Shown in pieces: positions 28,098 to 40,912 of a stretch of 64,000 nucleotides of DNA. The position numbers were made by a program, and so were the translations under genes. The stretch's first letter is position 1, and every line of letters begins with the position of its first letter. The stretch is from the human T2T-CHM13v2.0 reference genome, Homo sapiens: NCBI RefSeq assembly GCF_009914755.1, contig NC_060928.1. One strand, 5' to 3'. Under the pieces are notes generated by a model that saw nothing but the letters and a program-made list of their open reading frames with translations, made no database searches and was not told the DNA's origin.

Positions 28098-28363
28098 GAG
28101 CTCAGAAACCTACCTGATAGCACAGGAGTTCCCCCACAGGACAGAGGATACGAGCTCAGAAACCTACCTGATAGCACAGGAGTTCCCACACAGGACAGAG
28201 GATCCGAGCTCAGAAACCTACCTGATAGCACAGGAGTTCCCCCACAGGACAGAGGATCCGAGCTCAGAAGCCCACCTGGTGGCACAGGAGTTCCCCCACA
28301 GGACAGAGGATCCCAGCTCAGAAGCCCACCTGGTGGCATAGAAGTCCCCCCACAGGACAGAGG
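28098..28363. repeat. 54-bp minisatellite, ~4.9 copies
   Basis: Unit gagctcagaaacctacctgatagcacaggagttcccccacaggacagaggatcc starting at 28098, 28152, 28206, 28260, 28314. Confidence 0.97.
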
Positions 28364-28745
28364 GCCTCTAATAGTCTAGACTGGACCTTTTGAACCAATG
28401 CTGGGAGGGCTTTGCTGACTACATTATTGCAGTTAGAAAAGAGTTTCTGTAATTGACCAAAGTTATCAGGTTTCATACCTACTTTTACTTATGTTGACTG
28501 CTCACAATTGTGACACAAGGCAACTTCCAGGACTCTGCAGTGCTATTAAGTGGCAAGAGAAAAATGCAAAGCTCAATGCGGCCACCAACAGCAATTGAGC
28601 CACAGTTTTTGGATTAAAAGTGTATTTTAATGTGCTGCATTCTGCCCATGTTATCTATGAATTCTATTTTCTATTAATGAGAATTGATATCAAGGTCATA
28701 AAGTTGGGACTCCTGAAATCAATTCATAATCATATTGCTTTCCAG

Positions 28746-28771
28746 AATTTCTAATGCTATACTTTCTTGAG
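28746..28771 (+). pseudogene. Candidate 26-nt micro-exon (phase 0 to 2)
   Basis: 'atattgctttccag|AAT...GAG|gtaatt'; NF*CYTFL(R). Confidence 0.4.
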
Positions 28772-28966
28772 GTAATTTTAAGAAAGGTTTCCTTACCATT
28801 TACCCAAATTTCATACACAGACACACACCAAAACAAAAACAAAACAAAAACTGAATGAATATTTTTGTGCTGATACAAACCGTCACAAAGGAAGTAATGA
28901 TGGGATTTGTCTACATTAACCTGACATACTGGTGAAAATAACTCCATTGTTCATTATTTGAATTAG

Positions 28967-29049
28967 GCAATAATTTGGAGAAATTCTTGAAGAGGTCATA
29001 AAGGAGACCGCAGATACGTGTGGGCTGCCTGTGAAAGGCATGCTGCTTT
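28967..29049 (+). pseudogene. Candidate decayed exon (phase 2 to 1)
   Basis: 'tcattatttgaattag|G...T|gtaaat'; (R)Q*FGEILEEVIKETADTCGLPVKGMLL. Confidence 0.45.
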
Positions 29050-29059
29050 GTAAATATTC

Positions 29060-29626
29060 ACACTAAACTTTCAAACACAAGAGTGATACTACCCTAGCAA
29101 AACCTAAGGTTCTCCGGGGAGGCAGGTGACTAGTTCCACTTTTTCTCTTTCCTTAATGTTACAATTGAGGTTTCCTTTGATTACCCTTCTCTCAAGGAAG
29201 AGAAAGAAAGGAAACTTTGTATCTGCAGAAATGATGAGGTCCAGAGAGACAGGGAGTAAGACCCCGGTCCCATCCCCCTTCCTTCTTGGGGCTAGGGAAT
29301 CAGCTCTTGAAACTGCTTGCTCTCTCACAAGTAGCTGTCAATTAACCTAACAATGCCACACACCTGATCCCTAATCCTTACAACAAAGAGCCAATCACCA
29401 ACCGTTGTTATTTCTGTAAACCAGTGAGAATTCCTGACCAGCAACTTTGTGTCAGCCCATTCCTTGCCTGCCTTTTTGTTTTAAAAGCCTGCCTGTAACA
29501 GAGGCCACACAGAGCTCATATCCACGCTGACCCGGGTCTGAGTCTTCTGGGTAGCTGTGCTCACGCTGGCTCAGGTCAACTCTTGAAATTATATATTGTG
29601 CCTCAGCTTTGCCTTTGAGTAGACCA
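29060..29626 (+). mobile_element. ERV1 MER4-group solo LTR (subfamily not assigned)
   Basis: LTR-like 3' end 'ctcttgaaattatatattgtgcctcagctttgcctttgagtagacca', internal 'ccaatcacc', 'tttaaaagcctgcctgtaaca'; left boundary uncertain. Confidence 0.6.
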
Positions 29627-29989
29627 GGAATATTAAAATATAATTGTACCATAAAGTACTAATTGGTCTTAGTTTGTTTTGCCAAAATAAATTTATTGAT
29701 AAAGCACAAGGGTGGTAGTTGCAGAGGTTTTATTACCTATATTTAACTGACTGCTAAGGTCTCAGTTTGCCCATGTGGGTGCCCTGTTTAATCTTTCACC
29801 TGCTATCCAGAGTCTGAGTAGAATGAGACCCAGGTGGTGGGTACAGCAGCTGCTCTGAGCACTGTATGAGCTGTCCATCCCTGAGAGTTTTGCTAGCAAT
29901 TGCAGTCCAGAAGCCCTTTCTTTACTACGTGCACCAAAAAGTCAGGCTTGTATAGATGTTTATTGAATACAATCACTTGTAAGCATGGT

Positions 29990-30070
29990 GCTGACGTGCG
30001 GTTCTCAGGCTGTTAGAGAGTTAATATTAGGGCTGACGTGCGGTTCTTAGGCTGTTAGAGAGTTAATATT
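29990..30070. repeat. 42-bp direct tandem duplication
   Basis: gctgacgtgcggttct(c/t)aggctgttagagagttaatatt at 29990 and 30032. Confidence 0.95.
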
Positions 30071-30245
30071 TTAGTTGATTCTAAAATTGTCACCAAATTA
30101 AAAATCTAAAATTTCCCTTCACAAAGCCCTTAATTAGGATACATTTAAGTATATACTCAGATTGTTTGGCTTTGAATTACAAAAGCAATCCCTATTATAT
30201 ACAAGAAGATGTATTTCTGAAAAAATTAAATCATTAATAATGTAA

Positions 30246-30534
30246 TTTCTTTTTGAGACAGAGTCTTGCTCTGCTGCCCAGGCTGGAGTGCAGTGCCTGA
30301 TCTTGGCTCCATCCAACCTCCACTTCCTGGATTTGAGTGATTCTTGTGCCTCAGCCACTAGAGTAGCTGGGATTATAGGTGTGTGCCACCATGCCCAGCT
30401 AATTTTTGTATTTTTAGTAGAGATGGGGTCTCCCCGTGTTGCCAGGGTGGTCTCAAACTCCTGAGCTCAAGTGATCCACCTGCCTCAGGCTCCCAAAGTG
30501 CTGGGATTATAGGCATGAACCACCGTGCCCAGCC
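30246..30534 (-). mobile_element. AluJ(b)-type
   Basis: Diverged Alu with J-type 'ctcctgagctcaagtgatcc'. Confidence 0.92.
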
Positions 30535-30952
30535 TAACAAGGTAAATTTTAAATATTCAGTTGCTAGTCTTTAACTATAGCTTCAGAATGAATTCTAAAA
30601 GATTAAAAACCTTAAATAACTCTCCCAAATAGGATATTGGGAGGTATACAAAATAACTTCCATCATTATATTCTGATACATTTATTATTTGTAAATTTTT
30701 GAAAGTGAAAAAGCTATACTAGTCAGTTAATTCCATAATTTTATTATATTTACTGTTCTCTAGTCATAAGAGAAAACAGGAACAGTACTCCCTTTTCCTA
30801 CAGTTTCTTCCTAAGAAAGGAAGGCAGTCACAGAGAATTTGGAACAGATTAGTGTCATTTGATATTAGAGGTCTTGAAATTAGCTTCTCATTGCATAGAG
30901 TGAGGTAATCTGGCATTGAGTCATGTTATTATTCATCTCCTTTCAATACAAG

Positions 30953-31132
30953 GTGTATTAAATAGTATATAAATAAGTATGTCAAGCAAAACCTATTTAT
31001 TGTCACAGAAAAGTCATTTGGTCGACAGCTTGTCAGAGACTGGGAAATTAACATCTTTTGCAAACACTTTTTTCTTCCTACCAGGTTGATACATTTAAGA
31101 CAAATGTGTAACATAGCCTGATGTTATTAAAG
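30953..31132 (+). pseudogene. Candidate decayed 180-nt exon
   Basis: 'catctcctttcaatacaag|GT...AAG|gtaaaa'; phase-2 frame CIK*YINKYVKQNLFIVTEKSFGRQLVRDWEINIFCKHFFLPTRLIHLRQMCNIA*. Confidence 0.45.
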
Positions 31133-31389
31133 GTAAAACTGTGCCTCCTGCATCTGAGGCTTAATAGAACGTAAGAAAATGAATTTCAAATTGTGATATA
31201 GCTTTGACACAATGTAAGGCTGTCTTTTAACTTTAATTGAATTCTAACCATTTCATGAGGTATATTCATGCCTGTATCTTCATTCCTATACAATAGAGAA
31301 ATTTAGCACTCATTAAACTTGTCAAAACCATAGCAAGAAATAAAGGCATCTGGAGGAGTGATTCTGATCCTTATTTTTCATGTGTTTGG

Positions 31390-31526
31390 CGGAAAGTGTC
31401 CAACTTTCCTGCCCTGTCCTGGGAAGGTGGCAGAAGGAAAGGACTCATCTCAGGTGAACGCTGCCAGATCTCTCCTGGAGCAGAACTTTTGGGAAAGTCT
31501 CCAAGGTTTTGAGAAAAAACTAACAA
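31390..31526 (+). pseudogene. Candidate exon with mutated acceptor
   Basis: Pyrimidine tract 'ccttatttttcatgtgtttgg|C' (AG>GG?), then 46 open codons GKCPTFLPCPGKVAEGKDSSQVNAARSLLEQNFWESLQGFEKKLTS; 3' end uncertain. Confidence 0.35.
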
Positions 31527-32227
31527 GTTAACTGCTGTCTAATGCTCTTGCCCTACAATTAAGTGTCAGTGGAGCAGCACAGACGCCAACAATCGATGCA
31601 GAAAGCAATCAGGGGTGGTGCAAGAGCATCCAAGGATTTTCTCATGCCAACAGTTTGAAAAATTATGGCTTAAAAAACCTAAATGTTAAAGCCTGACACA
31701 AACACACACAAACCCCAATCAACATTCAGTTGCGAAGTACTGATTGCACGCTGGCAACCATATCAAAGTAAAAACCCAGTGGTAACATGTAAGATATTGG
31801 TATGACATTTGCTTATTATGATTTTTATTAGAAATAGTAGCAGTAGCAATGGTTGTGGATTAGGGATAATCCATCAACACCAATTTATAGAGTCTGGATT
31901 TACATATACATATAGAAAAGCTCACCTTTAGCAGGAATTGAAGCTAACTTCCTGTCAGAGAACAATTTTTTTTCTTGGCTCAAAAGCATCATGTACTAAC
32001 CACTGGCCACTCAAGAACATCAATGATTTCCCTTGTCCTAACCAATTAAATATCAAGTTATTAACCTGTGTTGTGGGCTGACCTAAATCACTTTGGCTTT
32101 TCACATTTATTAGTTTTTTTTTTGGGGGGGGGGTAGGGTAGATAGTTTCCAATAAACATCTACCATGACCAGGTGGAATAAAATCAAGTCTCAGACCTAA
32201 TTCTGCCAAGCACACATGCATGCGCAC

Positions 32228-33261
32228 TGTTGGGGGAATCTTCCCCCAATATTTCAACATAGGTTCTTTCTATTTTCCGTAAGTGTCAGCCAGCTGAGAA
32301 ATAAAGAGAGACAGTACAAAGAGAGGAATTTTACAGCTGGGCCGCTGGAGGTGACACCACATATCAGTAGGACCATGATGCCTGCCTGAGCCTCAGACCA
32401 GCAAGTTTATATTAAGGGTTTCAAAAGGGGAGGGGGTGTAAGAACAGGGAGTAGGCTCAAAGATCACATGCTTCAAAGGGCAAAAAGCAGAACTACTAAT
32501 AAGGGTCTAACAAAGATCACATGCTCCTGAGGGAACAGGACAAAGGGCAAAAGCAGAACCACTGATGAGGGTCCATGTTCAGCGGTGCCTGTATGTCTTG
32601 AGAAACATCTTAAACAACAGAAAACAGAGTTCGAGAGCAGAGAACCAGTCTGACCACAAATTTACCAGGGCGGAGTTTTCCCAACCCTAGTAAGCCTGAG
32701 GGTTCTGCAGGAGACCAGAGTGCATCTCAGTCCTTATCTCAACCACATAAGACAGACACTCCCAGAGCAGCCATTTATAGACATCCCCCCAGGAATGAAT
32801 TCTTTTTCCAGGGTATTAATATTAATATTTCTTGCTAGGAAAAGAATTTAGTGATATCTTCCCTACTTGCACATCCATTTATATGCTGTCTGCAAGAAGA
32901 AAAATATGGCTCTTTTTGCCTGACCCCGCAGGCAGTCAGACCTTGTGGTTATCTTCCTTTGTTTCCTAAAAATCGCATTATTTTGTTCTTTTCCAAGGTG
33001 CACTGATTTGATATTGTTCAAACACACATGTTTTACAATCAATTTGTACAGTTAACACAATTATCACAGTGATCCTGAGGTGACATACATCCTCAGCTTA
33101 TGAAGATAACAGGATTAAGATATTAAAGTAAAGACAGGCACAAGAAATTATAAAAGTATTATTTGGGAACTGATAAATGTCCATGAAATCTTCACAATTT
33201 ATGTTCCTCTGCTGTGGCTCCAGCTGGTTCCTCTGTTCGGGGTCCCTGACTTCCCTCAACA
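32228..33261 (-). mobile_element. MER11 (HERV-K11/HML8) solo LTR, full length
   Basis: ~1030 bp with tgttg...caaca termini; reverse complement starts 'tgttgagggaagtcagggaccccgaacagaggaaccagctgg'. Confidence 0.92.
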
Positions 33262-33333
33262 GCACTTGCAACCTGTCACACAATATCTGGTGTTATTTGA
33301 TCAATGATATCACAAATCTTTCTTCTCTTTTAG

Positions 33334-33417
33334 CCTTCCAACAATTATCTTGCGTATGAGCTTATGTGGAACAATATTCCAGTTCCAGGAAGGTGGAATA
33401 TGTCCAGGTGGACTCAG
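33334..33417 (+). pseudogene. Candidate 84-nt exon
   Basis: Strong acceptor 'tctttcttctcttttag|C', donor CAG|gtgact; open in phase 0: PSNNYLAYELMWNNIPVPGRWNMSRWTQ. Confidence 0.35.
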
Positions 33418-34199
33418 GTGACTTTCTTAGTGGACTCAGGTGACAGAAAGGCAGAGTGGAATGGGGCCCTAAGCCAAGGCTGTGATCAGAGGTGCAGAGA
33501 TTTCTGAGCTTGCTAACCACACTTGCCTTGTCTGTGCAAGGAGGGCGGTGTTTTACATTTTCCCAAGTCCATTCACATATCTCTAATGAGACACATTCCA
33601 CCAATGATAAAATATTTCTAGCTTGCTTTATGTCACATAAGAAGAAATGAGTAGCTCTGATCAAGACAAAAGATAATCGAACTATTTGTAATCACTCTCT
33701 TTGGAGAGTGGAATCCTCATGAGGGTCCTTTACATGCAAAGTAACCACCTGGTATTCCTGGATATTTCCTCATATTTCAAATAGTACATAATGCCTCTTG
33801 GGGGTAGAATACAGCTAAGATCTTTCTATAACACAGTCTGTGCTAAAGTTTTGTTTTGTTTGGCTTCTAATCAGAGAAAATATAACACATTCAGGGCTTG
33901 CCACAATATGGTTTTCTTCACATTTACTTCCCCCAACTTCTCCCATCAAATAACTCACTTGATTTGAACATCCCCTGTGCCAGTGCTGGTGCTACTTTAT
34001 CTGAAAAAAACTTTATTTCTCCCCATCTCTATTCAAAATATGTAAGTCATCCTTGAAAGCTCATTTTTGAAACAAATTTTCTTAATACCTTTTTTTACTA
34101 TACATGTAATAACATGTATGAACATACTTGCAAACACTTAATAGCAAATTTGCTATATATTTGATAATGCATTTCATTAATTATTACATTTGCTATACA

Positions 34200-35450
34200 T
34201 TCATTAAACAAAGACTATGTGCTACGTAGCGGGACCAATGATGAAATTTTCCCTGGATCCAGGCAGCCAATGAGTGTGGCAGCAAACCAGGAAACACGGC
34301 GTGTTGAGCACTCTGTGGGGAAATATGGGCACATTTCCTGCTAATACAGCCTGTGGAAGGGCTATTCTAAGTTTGCTGGGTAGAATCTTGAAGGCTTTTC
34401 TAAAAAGTACTGCTTGAGGTGAGGTTAAAGAATAAATAGAAGCTGTTCTATTTTAAAAGGCAAAAGCAAAGAAACATGAGAGCAAAATCCGACCTTTCAA
34501 GAACAGACGGCGTGATTATTTTTTTCATGGTTGCTACTGCATATGTGCACCATAGCACGAAATTCAAATCATGTATTGTAGACTGTGGCAGCCACTGAAA
34601 CTGGAAATGTAGGGAATGATTTCAAATAACTGTTTTGGGAAGATCACTCTACTGCCATGTGGAAGATGGACTGGAGAAGGCACGGCTGGAGAGAGTGCAG
34701 TGAGAATGACTAATGGTTCACATGAGGAATGAGGATGGCTGGAGTAAAGCAGTGGCAATGTGGACAGAGACAGCAGAAATGGGACCAAGTATCAGATTTA
34801 CTTGGAAGCATTAGCAGTATGACTGGCAGCAAACATACAAGAGTGAAAGAGGTGACAGGTAAGATGGCCGTCAGGCCTGCTATGCAGGTGACTGAGCCAA
34901 AAATCAGAGAAGAAAAGCAGAAGCAGCATCTCAAAAAGCAGGGGAAGCATCTCACTGTAGAGGGGAATGCTCTGACCCCATGGTAGAAGCACTGAATCTG
35001 AAGAACAGATGCGACGTCTGAAGGGTTGGGTTTATATAGAATCCTAGAGTGCAGGAGAGAACACCAGATACAAATATCAGTTTGAGTCCTCATTACAAAG
35101 CAGCAGGTGAAAGAATGAACAGGAACAATGGTACCTGAGTTAGAAAGAAAAGAAGGACTAGTCCTCAACTCTAGGAAATGGAGCTATTTAAGAGGTGGTT
35201 GGGGAAAAATAAATCTATGGAAGAGGCAGGAAGGAGCAGTCAGGGAATAAGTGAAGCAAGAGAAACCAAGGGAATGAGAAGGAAGAAAAGCATCTCAAGA
35301 TAAAAAGTGGCCACATTGTCAACTTCTCCAAGACAGTAAGTAAAATAGGAAGAAGGAGGGAAAAGCAAAATAATCCATTGGAATGGCTCCTGGAAACTCA
35401 GAGGTGAACAGAGTGGAACTAGGAAGCAGTGGGACAGAATGTAGAGATCG
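34200..35450 (-). mobile_element. LINE-2 fragments
   Basis: 'ggaagatcactctactgccatgtggaagatggactggagaagg', 'agcagtggcaatgtggacagagacagcagaaatggg'. Confidence 0.65.
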
Positions 35451-35517
35451 TATCTTGCCCAATGCTGCCTTTATTCTCTCTTTTATCAAGCCTTTTTGTT
35501 CTTTTCTAATCCCCTCC

Positions 35518-35932
35518 TCTCTTAGTCCATTTGTGTTGCTATAAAGGAATACCCAAGGCTGGAAAACTTATAAAGAAAAGAGGTGTGTTTGGCTCACAGT
35601 TCTGCAGGCTGTACAAGAAGCAAGCACCAGCATGTGCTTCAGGTGAGGCCCTCAGGGAGCTTCCAATCATGAAGGGAGGCAAATGGGAAGCAGGCATGTC
35701 ACCTGGGAAGAGAGGGAGCAAGAGAGAGAGAGAAGAGGGATGCCAGGCCCTTTAAACAGCCAGCTCTAGTGTGAACTAATAGAGCAAGGACTCATTACCA
35801 AGGGGAGGGCACCAAGCCATTCATGAGGCGTTCACCCCCACCAGCCAACACTGCCCATCAGGCCCCACCTCCAGCATTGAGGATTACATTTCAACATGAG
35901 ATTTGGAGGGAACAAGCATACAAATACTACGA
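35518..35932 (-). mobile_element. MSTB-like MaLR LTR
   Basis: 'cttagtccatttgtgttgctataaaggaatacc...ggctcacagttctgcaggctgtacaagaagc...tttcaacatgagatttggaggg'. Confidence 0.88.
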
Positions 35933-35949
35933 TCCCCTCTATGATGTGA

Positions 35950-36629
<680 letters not shown>

Positions 36630-36860
36630 TGTGGTTTCCCCTAAGACAGTTAAGAGCTACGTGTTTTAAAAAACTCTTTGACTTATTTTGATCTTGTATG
36701 TAATATTCAAAATAATAAATCCGTAAAAGTCCAAATGGTAAATTCTTCTCTAAAAAGTATCTTCCTATATATAAAACCCATGAATTTATTTTCTAGGGAA
36801 GAAGTGAAGAAAAGTTTCATATTCCTGACAGTACTGCTTGTATATTTTGCATTTCTATAG

Positions 36861-37533
36861 GGGAAGGGAAGACTAATATACCGGGAGTGCTGTGATCCCA
36901 GGTGTTTCTTGTTTATGAGAACAAGACATTTTACATTCTTCCATTGTAGGTTTCATAACCTCAGGGATACACAGGAATCTAAAATGTCAGTGGCTCGGCT
37001 GGAAGAGACAACGATAGAAATAGGAAGAGACAGCAAAGGCTCCAAGGACAATTTGGGCAGAGAGAAGAAAACAAGGGTGCCAGTCCGATCTTGACGGTTG
37101 CCTATTATTGGCAATAAACTGTCTTTTTGACTCATTGATGGGCCTTGGCTCCTAGCAGCAAACCAAACAAAAACAAAAACAAACATAAAAACAAACAACC
37201 TTTTCATGACCAAATTCCAATGCATATACTCTGGCACCCAGAGAGCTTATCATTCAGGACCAGGAAATAATCAGCTGTGTACAGTTTGCAGCGATTCTCC
37301 CAAGAGCCATTTTGAGCCTTTCTACCACTTTCCACACGATGCTGCCCTTGCGATTTTATGCCTCTGGGCCAAAATGAGAATATACTAGAGTGGCTCCGGA
37401 CCTGCAGGAGATAAATAATTAATTCCAAACTCAGCCAGCAGACAGTCCTGCTGACTTTAGTTGACGAAAAGCGACTATTACCCAGACTCCAACGCTGAGT
37501 ACACACACTGGGAGAAAGCCCTGGAGTGTCATG
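36861..37533 (+). pseudogene. Candidate large decayed exon
   Basis: Strong acceptor 'tatattttgcatttctatag|G'; phase-0 frame runs 175 codons (36861-37385) with only two TGA (37092, 37128); a shifted frame continues ENILEWLRTCRR*IINSKLSQQTVLLTLVDEKRLLPRLQR*VHTLGESPGVS to TG|gtattt. Confidence 0.5.
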
Positions 37534-37840
37534 GTATTTGCAATATCTGTGAAGGACGATCTCCTTTTAACACAGTTTCTTACCTCCGGTTTTCCCCAGT
37601 GATATCCTAGCAAATAGGAGCAGCCTGAGAGAATCGGCCATTCTCTTTATTTTTCATTCTTACTATAATATAGCATGATTTATTCTGTTGGTATTATATA
37701 TTCTTTGTATTCTTAAAATCAGGGGACCTGTTTTTGGTGTACTAAGTGTTCAAATTTGGCAGAAATTTGGAAGCTTCTTCCTTAAAAACAATTTATATAA
37801 CAAATATCTGTACTTAGCCCCAGAAATTCCATTGCATTCA

Positions 37841-38220
37841 TGATATAGTTTGGCTCTGTGCCCCCACCCAAATCTCACCTTGAATTGTAGTTCCCATAAT
37901 CCTTATGTGTCATGGGAGGGACCCAGTGGGAGGTAATTGGATCATGGGGGCAGTTATTCTCATGCTGTTCTCATGATAGTGAGTGAGTTCTCATGACGTC
38001 TGATGGTTTTATAAAGGGCTTTTTCTCCTTTTGTTTGACAATTCTCCTTGCTGCCACCATGTGAAGAAGAAGGTATTTGCTTCCCTTTCTGCCATGATTG
38101 TAAGTTTCCTGAGGCCTCCCCAGCCCTGCGGAACTTTGAGTCAATGAAACCTTTTTTCTTTATAAATTACTCAGTCTCAGGTATTGCTTCATAGCAGCAT
38201 GAGAACAATGGACTAATGCA
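37841..38220 (+). mobile_element. THE1C/D-type MaLR solo LTR
   Basis: 'tgatatagtttggctctgtgcccccacccaaatctcaccttgaattgtagttcccataatc...ggactaatgca'. Confidence 0.92.
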
Positions 38221-38525
38221 AATTATGAACTTGATAAAACAAGCAAGTCAATGCAAAAGGCCCATTCCAAGCAGACAAATGAGAACTTCTACTTTAAAAC
38301 TTCAAAATCAGATACTTTGATCATTCATTTACAATTTCGTTTTCCTACTTCTTACTGAACATGGTAATTTGTATTAAGAAAATATCCCAAAACTAATCTC
38401 TGTGTTGAGATGAACTATCTGTCCCTCATAGATTAGACTACATCTATATAGGTCAAGAGCATACAGAAATAAGTATACTTACATTTTCTCTGTTTTTTTC
38501 CAAATTTATAAATTGTGTCTGTTCC

Positions 38526-40800
38526 TTTGTTTTGTTTTTTAGCTTTTATTTTAGACAGAGTGGGTACATGGGAAGATTCATTACATGGGAACATTGTGTG
38601 ATGCTGAGGTTTGTTGTATGGATTCCATCACCCTGATAGGGAGCACAGTACCTGATAGGTAGTTTTTTAACCCACCTCTCCCAAACCTTCTATAAGTCCA
38701 CAGTGTCTATTGCTTCCAGATTTATGCTCATGTGTGCTCAATGTTTAGCTACCACTTTTAAGTTAGAACATATAGTATTTGGTTTTCTGTTTCTGTGTTA
38801 GTTTACTTAGAATTATGGCCTCTAGCTTCATGCATGCTGCTACAAGGACATGACTTAACTTTTTTATGGCCATGCAGTATTACTTAGTGTATATGGACCA
38901 TATGTTCTTTATCTAATCTACCATTGATGGATACCTGGGTTGATTCCACTGGCGATTGTGAATAGCTTGACAATGAACATATGAGTGCACATGCCTTCTT
39001 TTGAATTATTTTCCTTTGGATAATGGAATTACTGGGTCAAATGTAGTTCTAAGTTCTTTGAGAAATCTCCACACTGAGAAATCTCCACATGGTTGCTCTC
39101 CACAGTGGCTGAGCTGATTTGAATTCCTATCAACAATGTGTAAACATTCCCTTTTTCACAGCCTCACCATCTGTTTTTATCGTTACTGTTTTTTGGACTT
39201 TTTAACATAATCATTCTGACTGGTATTAGATGGTATCTCACTGTGGCTTTGATTTAAAGAAATTATTTCACTGTTACTTGCTATCATTGGCCTTGTTGAA
39301 GATTAGATGGTTGTTGGTGTGTGGTTTGGTTTCTGAAATTTTATTGTATTCCATTGGTCTAATGTGTCTGCTTTCCCACCCATTCCAAGCTCTTTTGCTT
39401 AATGTGGCTTTATAGTATAGTTTGAAGTTGGGTAGTGTGACTCCTCCAGCTTATTCTTTTTGCTTAGGATGGCTTTGGCTATTCAGGCTTTTTTTTTGGA
39501 TCCGTATGAATTTTAGAATAGTATTTTTTATTTCTGTGAAGAATGTCATTGGTAGATTGATAAAAATAGTATTGAATCTAAATTGCTTTGGGCAGTATGG
39601 CCGTTTTAATGATATTGATTCTTCCAATCCATGCACATGAACTGTTTTTTTCATTTATTTGTATTGTCTCTGATTTCTTTCAGCCGTGTTTTGTAATTCT
39701 CTTTGTAGAGATTTTTCGCCTTTATTAGGTGTATGCCTAGGTATTTCATTGTCCTTGTGGCTACTGTAAGTGGGATTATGCACTTAATTTCATTCTCAGC
39801 ATGGACCTTGTTGGCGTATAGAAATGCTACTGAGTTTTATATACTGATTTTGTATCCTGAAACTACTAAAGTCATTTATCCTGGGAGTCTTTTGGCAGTC
39901 TTAAGGATTTTCTTTGTACAGAATCATATCAGTGAAAAGAGATAGTTTATGTTTTTTCTTATTTGGAGGCCTTTTCCTTTTATCTCTTGCCTAAATGCTG
40001 TGCCTGGGACTTCCACTACCATGTTGAATAGGAGTGGTGAGAGTGAGCATCCTTTTCTTTTTCCACTTCTCAAAGGGAATGGTTCAAACTTTTGCTCATG
40101 AACCATGATGTTGGATGTGGGATTGTCATAAATGGCTCCTAATATTTTGAGGTGTGTTTCTATGATGCCTAGTCTGTTGAAGATTTTTTCATAAATGGAT
40201 GTTGGATTTTATCAAAAGCTTTTTCTGCATCTATTGAGATGATCATATGGTTTTGCTTTTGATTCTGTTTATGTTGTTAATCACATGTATTTATTTGCTT
40301 ATGTTGAACCAGCCTTGCATCTCAGGGATAAAGCCTACCTGATTGTGGTGAATTAACTTTTCAACGTGCTGCTGGATTCAATTTGCTATTATTTCATTGG
40401 AGATTTTGGCAATGTTCATAAGGGATATTGGTCTGAAGTTTTCATTTTTCATTGTGTCTCTGCCAGATTTGGATATCAGGCTGATGCTGGCTTGATAGAA
40501 TAAGTTAGGGAGAAGCCTCTGCTCCTCAATTTTTTGGAATAGTTTCAGCAGGCTTGGCACCAGTTCTTCTTTGTATATCTAGTAGAATTTGGTTGTAAAT
40601 CCATCTTGTCTAGGGCTTTTTTGGTTGATAGTTTATCACTATTTCAACTTCAGAAGTTGATATTGGGGTCTATTCAGGGTCTCAAACTCTTCCTGAGTCA
40701 ATCTTGGGAGATGATGTGTTTCCAGGAGGTTATGCATTTCCCCTAGATTTTCTAATTGTGTGCGTAGAGTCGTTCATAGTGTCTCTGAGACTTTTGTATT
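38526..40800 (-). mobile_element. LINE-1 (L1PA15/16 or L1PB-type), 5'-truncated, with an internal deletion near 39255
   Basis: 3'UTR 'attgtgtgatgctgaggttt...tgtgtgctcaatgtttagct'; ORF2 remnants in ORF track (39451-39654, 39924-40106, 40378-40560). Confidence 0.92.
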
Positions 40801-40830
40801 TCCCCTTTTAAATCTCTATTTTTTTCAAAG

Positions 40831-40912
40831 AAGTGATCTTCAATAAACTAAAGACAAAGAATTGGAAAAACTGGTTCAAATAATCTAGATGTTCAGTGCC
40901 TGGAGAATGAAT
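40831..40912 (+). pseudogene. Candidate decayed exon (phase 2 to 0)
   Basis: 'ctctatttttttcaaag|A...AAT|gtaatt'; SDLQ*TKDKELEKLVQII*MFSAWRMN. Confidence 0.3.

Noticed and set aside
34710-35168. 152-aa minus-strand ORF
   Set aside because: Lies within degenerate L2 sequence; no recognisable domain or splice context.
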